Shown here: in pieces, positions 54,737-64,000 of the stretch | Numbering within the stretch: position 1 is the stretch's first letter | How the letters are laid out: the number at the start of each line of letters is the position of its first letter | Source: Eledone cirrhosa | Lineage: Eukaryota | Direction: 5' to 3' | DNA length: 64,000 nucleotides | Assembly (NCBI GenBank): GCA_964016885.1 | Contig: OZ024744.1 | Span: 56,358,001 to 56,422,000, forward strand | Notes under the pieces: generated by a model | Database searches by the model: none | What the model was told of the DNA's origin: nothing | The model's input: only the letters and a program-made list of their open reading frames with translations | Position numbers and translations under genes: made by a program

Positions 54737-56251
54737 AACCTACGTTTGATTTGTTCAATTTTTTTCTTCAATTTTTTTTTTTTTTTTTAAAATTTCTTAT
54801 TGAAAAAATATAAATAATAAAATAAGGTTAGAAATTTAAATACAATTAAATACGATTTAATTTCCATTTCCAGCAGCCAATGTGCAGTGTTCAATTTCAT
54901 GAAAAAATTGGAAATAATTAAAAAAATTGAAGTTTAACTTTTGAAAATTTGTTTTGACAATAAAAAAATATTTCCTTATTCACACCTAATGGTATGATTA
55001 AAATTTCATAGGAATATTTTTTTCTAACCGCCAGTTATTTATTTTCTCCTTTTTCGTTTTAACATATATTTATTTCAAAGATTTCACCGTATAGATAACA
55101 TATATATTTATACATGCATAAAAGACACACCGAGAGACGGTGAACATGTGGTGCCGAAAACATTTCTCATCCAAATCTCAACAATATCAGTATATACACT
55201 AGATTTGCTAGCAGAAAACTGCCCACCGGGTGGTTTTCTGCTAGTCTATATATATAAAACTGAGGATGTCTGTCTGTCTGTGAGTTTGAATCCCTACAAC
55301 TAGAGAATCACCTAACGTTTTCAAACTTTACACATGTAATACTTATATTTCAGGGAGTGTTCTGAGCAAAACAAATTTCAAATTTTCAATGGCCTAGGGA
55401 CCGCATTAGGCGATTTAGCGATATCTCTCTATAATTCTTAGTCTTTCTCTTTTTAGATAGATACATAAATATAACGTCGCACCCTTATAATATTTGTCTG
55501 TATGTCTGGCTGTCTGCATTACGTCACTTCCTACAATTCGCTCTGTGTCCAGAACGCGCCCTTATAATATCTGTTTGTATGTCTGGCTGTCTGTTGCCTC
55601 AGGTTTTTCTGCCACCCTTGCTCAACACAAATCTCACACTCATTCCCCAAACAGTTGGTAAGTGCACACAACTTCTTCCTCACGTTTTAAGCCACAGTGT
55701 TGCTTACTTACGTACCACCAGACCCTTACTTCTTTGCCAGCCGTGGTTGTGGCAATACTAAGCTTAGCTAAGGTGGTTATATATTTCACAATACCTTATC
55801 CTGTGCAACGCCGGGTACCACTGCTAGTAATTTATATAAATGGTTTAATGATCCACCCACCATAGTGTTTCTCACCCATCATAATCAAAGATGGATCACA
55901 CATATAAAGTTTCTTTTTTCACTCTCTAATGATAGCTTATTCCAAGTGGCACCTCTCCACTTTCAAGTGACGCCCATGGCAGGTGCCATACTTGCCACAT
56001 TCTAGTTACACCTCTGGGTGTATGTGGTGATTTGGCAGGATGATGAGTAAATAGCACATATATTAATACATACATATGAATATGTGTGTGAGTACATATA
56101 TGTATGTATGTATGTAGGAATGTATGTTTGCATGTTTGCAAGTATGTACGTATTTATGTATGTTTGTTTGTATGTATGTAAGTATGCATGTATGTATGTG
56201 TGTATATATGTATGTATGTATATATTTGTATGTATGTAAATATGCATGTAT

Positions 56252-59200
56252 CATCATCCTCATCATCATCATCGTTTAACGTCCATGTTCCACGCTTGCA
56301 TGGGTTTGGACGGGAGTTTTCCCACTTGAGGCAAGAGTGGTTGTCTTGCTCGTATAGGACTGTCTGGCGGGTTTTCTACGGCTGGATGCCCTTCCTAACA
56401 CCAACCATGTTTACGGTGTGGACTTGGAGGTTTTTACCGTGTTACCTACACAGCCACATTACAGCGTGGACTGTGTGTTTTTTTGTCGTGACACCTACAC
56501 GACCTCATTTGTTTCGGACTGGATGTTGTGGTACCAACATAACTTTACATTGAAAGGGGCGGTGTGGATGGGGTGGGGGTAGTGGGACGGGGGTGTATTT
56601 TGACTGTAGGTTTCACTTTGCACTTAGGTAAGGCGGGTCTTCTCTATTACTGTGTAGCGCCAAAGATCTCGGTCCAGTGACATTGTCTTGGAGAGGTGTA
56701 AGTGTGTGAGGTCGGAATTTATCAAGTCGTCCCGGGATTTTCTGGGTCTGCCTACTTCGTGGCTACCGTCTATTTTGATTGCCCTGCACTTTTTTATACA
56801 GCTGTCGTCTTTCATGCGCATCACGTGACCATACCAATGTAGTCTTCTCTCAAGTAAACAGCATCTGATCCATCTTATTCCTAATTTCTCACTTAGTTCG
56901 TTTATGCTTTGCCGTTCACGTATATTACTATTACACATCCAGCGGAGTATGCAAGCTTCGTTTCTCTCCAGTCTGCGTATATCCTCTGCACACAATGCCC
57001 AGGTCTCACTGCCATGCAACATTGCTGTTCGTACGCAAGCATCATACAGGCTGCCTTTCATTTTTAGCGAGAACCCTTTAGCGGCCAATAGTGGTATAAG
57101 CTCTCTGAACTTTTTCCATCCCGTTCTGACTCTAGCTACTGTACTTTCAGAGCACCCTCCCCCACTGCTGATTTTATCACCCAGGTAACGGAAGCTGTCC
57201 ACTATTTCTATAGAACCATCTGTGCAATGGAATGAGTTAGTATTCTGTGGGCACTTACTGCTACTTATTGCACCAGAGCACTGGCCACATATAAAATCTA
57301 TATTCTTAGTTAGCTTACCTGTGATCCCACTACATCTTTTATGTACCCATACTTTGCATTTGGGACATAAAATGGAGTTTCTACCTACTCCTTTCCTACA
57401 CACTGAGCACAGCCATTTTCCAGATGGGACCGGTGCCCTATTTTCCTTCCTACAAACTAGAACTTTAGTCTTAGACAAGTTAACTTTAAGGCCTTTTGAT
57501 TCTAGGCCATGCTTCCATGTTTGGAATTTCTTCTCTAGTTCAGCCATTGATTCAGCTATGAGTGTTAGATCATCTGCATATAGGAGTTCCCATGGGCAGC
57601 CGGTCTTGAACTCCTCTGTTATAGCCTGAAGGGCAATAATAAATAGTAGGGGGCTAAGGACGGAGCCCTGATGAACACCAACTTTTACGCTAAACTCTTC
57701 ACTATATTCGTTGTTAATTCTGACCTTGCTGACTGTTTCTTTATACATGGCTTGTATAGCTCTCACAAGCCATTCATCAACACCTAGTTTTCTAAGGGCC
57801 CACCAGATAATCGAGTGGGGTACTCTGTCAAAGGCTTTCTCCAAGTCAACAAAAGTTAAGTATAGGGGTTTACTTTTAGCTAGGTACTTCTCCTGTAGTT
57901 GTCGTACAATGAAAAGAGCGTCTGTTGTACTTTTACCTGACACGAACCCGAACTGCCTTTCGTCTAGATCAATTCGCTCTCTGATTAGTTGCGCTATTAC
58001 TTTTTCTGTGACTTTCATGACTTGGTCAATTAATTTAATGCCTCTATAGTTTCCCCTATCTAGGGCATCACCTTTACCCTTGTAGCAGTTAATGATGATG
58101 CTGCTGCGCCAGTCCTTCGGAACGACCCCATTCTGTATGACTTGGTTGACTATCCGGGTGACCATAGTGTGTCCCACTGTTCCAGATGCTTTCAGCATTT
58201 CGGCAACTATTTCTGAAGGCCCGGCCGCCTTGCCCGTCTTCATGTCTTTGATCGCCTTACTTATTATACTACCTTCAACTTGCACCGCTGGTCCCTCTAT
58301 TGGGTCGATGTGGGGGTGACTGTCTTTCTCCCAATTATTCTCCTCATTTAGTAGCCTTTCGTAGTGACACTTCCAAGCTACCTTCTTATCAGTGTCAGTG
58401 ATGGCAAGTACACCATCATCATTTAGGACACACTTCTCCCCAACAATATCACTGTTTTCCTTGACACATTGCCTAGCAATCCTGAACACCTCACGTTTTT
58501 GGTCCTCGCGTTGTAGAACATGCTTGAACTTTCTTTCCTCTGCTTCCCTTCTTGCGAAGTACACTTGTCTCCTAGCTTCCCTCCTGGCCACTTGATAGTC
58601 TTCTCTACTTCTCCCATCCCGCCATGCTTTCCAAGCCTGCTTTTTGGCCTTGATTGACCTCTCCACCTTACTGTTCCACCACCAAGTTACTCTCCTCCTG
58701 CCTATAGGCCTGCTCCAGCCACAGGTTTCATCTGTCGCCTTCAGCAGGTTAGCTTTCAGGAATTCCCACTGTTCCTCTATATTGTACGACTCTAATTGCT
58801 CTTCCTTACTATCAAAAGCATCAAGTAATATGCTTTTAAATTTATTTCTGGCTGTGGGGTCCTTTAATTTCCATATTTTTCTCCTCTTCTGTTGTCGAAT
58901 ACGTCTCGTCCTGACTATGAGGTCGCTAATTATGAGTCTATGTTGACACGTGCATTCTTCATGGGGGAGGGATTTAGTTTTTACAACAGACACTCTGTCA
59001 CGTCTCCTGGTATGGATATAATCTACCTGGCTTGTGTGTTCCCCCGATCTATAGGTGATCAAGTGATTGTCTCGTTTTTTGAAGTTAGTGTTACAGATAG
59101 TTAGGTTATTTGCGTCACAGAATTCCAGGATTCTGGAGCCTTCCTCATTTCTAGTACCAAACCCATAGCCTCCATGGATTCCGTCATAGCCGTCACAATG

Positions 59201-59732
59201 TTGTCCAACGTGACCATTTAGGTCGCCAGCAATAATTATATAGTCACATATATAGAATCTGTCTTTTATAGTGCCGGGCAGTCCGGATTGGCGTGCGTAC
59301 GCAGATATTACTGTCACCGTAGTTCTATTGAGGACAAGTCTTATTTTAATTATTCTGTCGTTCACTCTATTTACGTCTATTATCTTATGTGCCCACTTTT
59401 CTGCTACCATGATTCCTACTCCACCCAGCCCATTGTCATTTCCCACCCAGAAAAGCTTATAGCATCGTTCTTTACCCACGATGAATCTAGCAGACCCACC
59501 CCTCCACCTGGTCTCTTGAATACAACAAACATCGACCTCCTTACGTTCAAGCATTTCTACAACCTCGTTAGAGCGACCCTTTAAGGTGCCTACATTCATG
59601 GTACCAACTCTGACGTTTTGGATTGCGTTTGGAGGGTGGGAGCGGTGGGGTGCGGGGGGGGGGGGGGGGTTATGTTAGCCATCCACGGCCGAAACAAAGA
59701 GGAGGAGTCCTTGCATTCTCGTCCATGAGGTG
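56252..59732 (-). mobile_element. near-full-length RTE-clade LINE (3.5 kb) with 11-bp TSD
   Basis: Contains the 991-aa ORF, a 3' UTR ending in (GAT)n, and a direct repeat tatgcatgtat at 56241-56251 and 59733-59743 (low-complexity flanks). Confidence 0.92.
56624..59599 (-). CDS. RTE LINE ORF: AP endonuclease + reverse transcriptase + Cys/His PHD-like finger
   Basis: EN motifs NVGTL, CIQET, AGDLNGH, QVDYI, QHRL; RT motifs [34 protein letters not shown]; CSVC..CPKC..VHKRC..CGQC; C-terminal [15 protein letters not shown]. Confidence 0.95.
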   Translation of the reverse strand: MNVGTLKGRSNEVVEMLERKEVDVCCIQETRWRGGSARFIVGKERCYKLFWVGNDNGLGGVGIMVAEKWAHKIIDVNRVNDRIIKIRLVLNRTTVTVISAYARQSGLPGTIKDRFYICDYIIIAGDLNGHVGQHCDGYDGIHGGYGFGTRNEEGSRILEFCDANNLTICNTNFKKRDNHLITYRSGEHTSQVDYIHTRRRDRVSVVKTKSLPHEECTCQHRLIISDLIVRTRRIRQQKRRKIWKLKDPTARNKFKSILLDAFDSKEEQLESYNIEEQWEFLKANLLKATDETCGWSRPIGRRRVTWWWNSKVERSIKAKKQAWKAWRDGRSREDYQVARREARRQVYFARREAEERKFKHVLQREDQKREVFRIARQCVKENSDIVGEKCVLNDDGVLAITDTDKKVAWKCHYERLLNEENNWEKDSHPHIDPIEGPAVQVEGSIISKAIKDMKTGKAAGPSEIVAEMLKASGTVGHTMVTRIVNQVIQNGVVPKDWRSSIIINCYKGKGDALDRGNYRGIKLIDQVMKVTEKVIAQLIRERIDLDERQFGFVSGKSTTDALFIVRQLQEKYLAKSKPLYLTFVDLEKAFDRVPHSIIWWALRKLGVDEWLVRAIQAMYKETVSKVRINNEYSEEFSVKVGVHQGSVLSPLLFIIALQAITEEFKTGCPWELLYADDLTLIAESMAELEKKFQTWKHGLESKGLKVNLSKTKVLVCRKENRAPVPSGKWLCSVCRKGVGRNSILCPKCKVWVHKRCSGITGKLTKNIDFICGQCSGAISSSKCPQNTNSFHCTDGSIEIVDSFRYLGDKISSGGGCSESTVARVRTGWKKFRELIPLLAAKGFSLKMKGSLYDACVRTAMLHGSETWALCAEDIRRLERNEACILRWMCNSNIRERQSINELSEKLGIRWIRCCLLERRLHWYGHVMRMKDDSCIKKCRAIKIDGSHEVGRPRKSRDDLINSDLTHLHLSKTMSLDRDLWRYTVIEKTRLT

Positions 59733-59816
59733 TATGCATGTATGTATGTATGTATTTACCTAAGTATGTATGAAAGTATGTATATATGTGTGTTTGTATG
59801 TAACACATGCATATAA

Positions 59817-59904
<88 letters not shown>

Positions 59905-59906
<2 letters not shown>

Positions 59907-60408
59907 CGTTTCTGAATTTGTTTAGCAAGATTCTTTATCTGAAATCGTGTGTTGAAACCGATATTGTTATACTTTGGGAGGGTCATGTTGCCAATAAGAA
60001 ACACACGCACCAGTTGCTTTCACTTCAATTTAATTTAATATATATTTATAAATTTACAAATTTATAAATTTCTGGTTGGTTGAAAAATGAACACAAACAC
60101 ACACAGACACCCGGATGTGGCGCATGCGCAAACTGAGCACGCAACCCACACACAAACAAAATGGCGTAGGATAGAAGAAAGGAAAGGCACAGAAACGAAG
60201 AAAGAAATCCCCAGTCACTGAAGAGGTCACAGAGTGTGTGACGAAAGAACTATGACTATATATATATAAACAACTATCTGGTTGTGGAACCAACCAACCA
60301 ACCAGAAATTTATAAATTTGTAAATTTATAAATATATATTAAATTAAATTGAAGTGAAAGCAACTGGTGCGTGTGTTTCTTATTGGCAACATGACCCTCC
60401 CAAAGTAT

Positions 60409-60416
<8 letters not shown>
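59905..60416. mobile_element. fold-back element with ~120-bp near-perfect inverted arms and a central HHR, in (TA)n
   Basis: Arms about 59962-60082/60295-60415 (the same peptide appears in ORFs on opposite strands); a related fragment lies at about 16470-16530. Confidence 0.7.
60213..60257 (+). ncRNA. minimal type I hammerhead ribozyme motif
   Basis: agtca-CTGAAGA-g-gtcac agagtgt gtgac-GAAA-gaac-TA-tgact. Confidence 0.65.
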
Positions 60417-60447
<31 letters not shown>

Positions 60448-60844
60448 TATATATATGCATGTAAATGTGTATGTGCATTTATGTTCCTCTGTCAATGCAA
60501 GGCAGCTATATGTATAATCACTATTGTTTAAATGGTGTAGCAGTATTGTCAGGTAAACTCCGCTACATTATTGTTACTACATAGGTAAATAATTAAACGA
60601 ACTGTTTTAAATTGGTAGCAAGTTGTGTGAGCAAAAGACTTTCTTACTTCTTACTTCTTTCTTTCTTTCTTTCTTTCCTTCATTCTTTTGAGGAATTCAC
60701 TTAGTTTGATTTAAAAGGATTTATATAGAAAATAAAGGGAATATTTATGCACACAACACATGCAACATATCCCCCCACCCCTATATATGTATATATGTTG
60801 AATGGGTGTGTGTGGTAAATAGATAAATAAATAGATAGATAGAT

Positions 60845-61593
60845 ATCTTTCTTTATTTGCCACAGGGGCGAACAAAAATGGGACATTACAAGACATGACG
60901 GCGGGGGGTTTTACATAAAATCTTTGACGATAATAAATAACAATAAACTATATAAAAATAAAACAATTGAAATCCCCATTAGGGAGGGGGGAGGGATAAC
61001 GCTACTGCGGGGTTGTTTTACACCCCGTGGATAGAACAACCCTCAACACCAGGAACACGTTTTGTAGGTGTTCGCGTCTTCCCTCTGTTTATCTTCCTCA
61101 ACCTACAGGTTTATATACAGAGATAGATAGATAGATAAATAGATAGATAGATATGTTTCTTTATTAGCCACAGGGGCACAAAAGAAGGGGACAAATACAA
61201 AGGGGGAGGTTTACATACAATAAAAACGTGTAAAATACTATCACAAATGCAATTTAGAAGTTAATCGTTTTTCCCCAATAGGGGGAGACATTACATATGG
61301 GTAACACATACCCCCGAAAAAAATGTGCAACCCTCATCTCCAGGAGTACGAAGAGTTTGTACCCCTTTCAACTCCTCCTCTTTTTCCTCAACCTACAGGC
61401 TGATATAGAGAGAAGGCCCATTCTCGCCACTTTCACCCACCTTTCATAAAACTTGCTGGGGTACAGCACCTCTCCCTCCATCCTGATTCTTCTTCCAAAG
61501 TGGTATTTGAAAAAAAGAATCAGTTGTTGGCCGGAGAGAAAGGTGTCTGACCTCAGCCCTTTTAACCTTGTCCACCATACAACCTCTTTCGCC

Positions 61594-61595
<2 letters not shown>
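60845..61595 (-). mobile_element. two tandem Tx1-type 3' fragments embedded in (GATA)n
   Basis: [23 protein letters not shown]; AATAAAGAAA ends followed by (ATCT)n; (GATA)n at all junctions. Confidence 0.75.
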
Positions 61596-61624
<29 letters not shown>

Positions 61625-61671
61625 GATAGATGGATATATAGATAGACACATGGATATATAGATAGATGCAT

Positions 61672-61743
<72 letters not shown>

Positions 61744-61923
61744 CGAAGGAATTGTGGTAAGGAACCAGATTGACGATAACACACAAGAGTACTCAATACT
61801 TAGGGTAGTAGAGTGGGTAATAAGAAAAAGTATGACTCCGGGGGCAGAGCTCAAGCCGTTTCGGCGGCTATTTCTGGACGCCAAAACGGCTTGAGCTCTG
61901 CCCTCGGGGGTCATACTTTTTCC

Positions 61924-62082
<159 letters not shown>

Positions 62083-62199
62083 GTGCAAAGATAGATAGAT
62101 AGATATAAATATATGTACAAGTTGAAACTTGTTTACATACCTCTACCTGTAAAACTATAATAAAAACTGTTGTGACAATGATGGAGACTGTTTCTCTCT

Positions 62200-62932
62200 T
62201 TCCTGTGGTTGTTGTTGCTGGTGCTGTGGTAGTTGTTGTTGTTGCTGTTCTATTGTTGTTGTTGTTGTTGTTGGTGGGTGGTGGTGGTATTGATGTTTAG
62301 GTGTTGTTGTTGTTAGTATTGATGATGTTGGTGTTTGTGTTGGTGTTAATGGTGTTGATGGTGTTGATAGTACTGTTGTTGTTTCTATTATAATTTTGTT
62401 GCTGATGTTGTTTGATGTTGTTGGTGTGTTGTTGTTAATGTTGTTGTTGGTGTGTTGTTGTTGTAGTTGTTGTTGCTGTAATAATTTGTTCTTGTTTCTG
62501 TGGACAACACAACTTCAGTCTTTACACTATGAAATCTCCCAACTTGAAACTGAACATAGATTAATGAGTTTACTTATCAAAGCCTTCATCTCACAACACC
62601 CTCCCTCCATCCCATCACCACCTCCTCTCCACAACCATTTTTTTTTCTCCACTTAACACCCCATGTTACCTCTCCTTGCCCCCACACCACCAACACTGCC
62701 AACACTGGCACCACCACCACCACTGTGACCATACTACCACTACAACTGGCAACACGGGCACCAACACCACTACTACCACCACCACTATCACCCTACCTCG
62801 ACGACTGCCACCACTGTCACCATACCACCACAGTCACCGCCAACAACTGAATCCATACCACCACCAGCACCAGCAGCACCACCACCACCAGCAGCACCCC
62901 ACCACCACCAGCACCCCACCACCACCAGCACC

Positions 62933-62963
<31 letters not shown>

Positions 62964-63145
62964 GTACCACCAGCAACACCACCACCAGCACCACCGCCAC
63001 CACCACCACCAGCACCAGCACCACCACCACCACCACCACCAGTACCACCAGCAATACCAACACCACCACCACCACCAGCACCACCAGCAACACCAACACC
63101 ACCACCACCACCAGCACCACCACCACCACCAGTACCACCAGCAAC

Positions 63146-63176
<31 letters not shown>

Positions 63177-64000
63177 CCACCACCACCTTCTCTCTGTTAT
63201 GCCCACCCATATGCCAGCCAACCATCACACCGCCACCCTTCTCCCACAACCACAACTTTTCTTCGTGCTACCCCCCCCCATTTAGTAGTCATGTGATGAG
63301 ATTTCATTTCATATGTCCCCTTCCCCCCGGGGAGGGGGGAATACGACGACAGATCATTAATTAATTCCTGGGCTACAAAACTAACGAGCTAACAAGTTAA
63401 TGAACTAATGCATTCCCTCACTAGAGATGCTATACCCCCCGCCTCCCTCACTACTCCACACACCAATCCTGAACCCCTCCCCTTCTCAACGCCACCTACC
63501 CCCTACCTCTCTCTCTTAACGTCACTGCCACTAACATTTAATTGTGGATACTTTTTTAATTTATTTATAAGTATTTGGTAAAGATATTCTTAACTTTAAA
63601 TTTATGATGATGGTGGTAATGGAGGGTAGTGGTGGAGGTGGTGGTGGGAGGGGTAGTGGGGGTGATGGTGATAGTGGGAGGGGTGGTGGTGGTGGTGGGA
63701 GGGGTGATGGGGGGGGGGGGGTGATGGTGGTAGTGGTAGTGGTACTGGTGGTGGTAATGGTGGTGGTGGTGTGGTAGTAGTAGTGGTGGTGGTAGTGGTG
63801 GCGGTGGTGGTAGTGGTGGTGGTGGTAATGGCAGAGGTAGTGGTGGTGGTAATGGTGATGGTGGTGGTGGTGATACTAGTGGTAGTGGTGGTAGTACTGG
63901 TGGTGGTGGTAGTAGTGGTAGTGGTGTTGGTGGTGGTGGTGGTAATTGTGGTGGTGGTGGTGGTGGTGATAGTAGTGGTAGTGGTGTTGGTGGTGGTGGT
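62200..64000. repeat. (GTT)n, (CCA)n and (GGT)n microsatellite tracts
   Basis: Direct observation. Confidence 0.9.

Larger units (their letters stand above)
54303..55827 (+). mobile_element. composite non-autonomous Helitron-like element (units 54303-55244 and 55245-55827)
   Basis: A|TCTACTTATAATATATAA..(CTGT)n start; GC hairpin + CTAG at 55241-55244; second start TCTATATATATAAAA at 55245; hairpin cctgtgcaacgccggg + CTAG|T at 55824-55828. Confidence 0.65.

Noticed and set aside
56904-59584. Plus-strand ORFs opposite the RTE ORF
   Set aside because: Antisense shadows of the conserved coding frame.
62676-63296. Proline-rich or Trp-rich ORFs
   Set aside because: (CCA)n repeat translation; no domain or splice support.

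Overview
Eukaryotic, AT-rich, repeat-dense genomic DNA, most likely a coleoid cephalopod (Octopus-like; inferred from the RTE/SINE/(TA)n repeat landscape, not proven). The host gene is a minus-strand amnionless (AMN) homologue. Five coding exons (46140-46083, 36071-35911, 35260-35167, 19047-18824, 14497-14339) join in phase with GT-AG sites; I could not find the VWC/SEA/TM exons, which probably lie beyond position 1. The rest is mostly mobile DNA: one near-intact TSD-bounded RTE LINE (991-aa ORF) plus many RTE fragments, Tx1/L1-clade LINE remnants, a CRE-type RLE retroelement, a Naiad-like Penelope GIY-YIG remnant, tRNA-derived SINEs, MITEs, a composite Helitron, a 41-bp minisatellite with higher-order structure, and a tRNA-Asp-like copy. 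The most interesting signals are four. (1) About a dozen minimal type I hammerhead-ribozyme motifs sit in small, often fold-back elements embedded in (TA)n. (2) Two Penelope-like families carry a SECIS-like hairpin + hammerhead + AATAAA cassette. (3) A Helitron-internal exon-like segment has a donor in phase with AMN exon 1. (4) The 5' and 3' ends of the RTE element are complementary. All calls are by eye; no searches were run.
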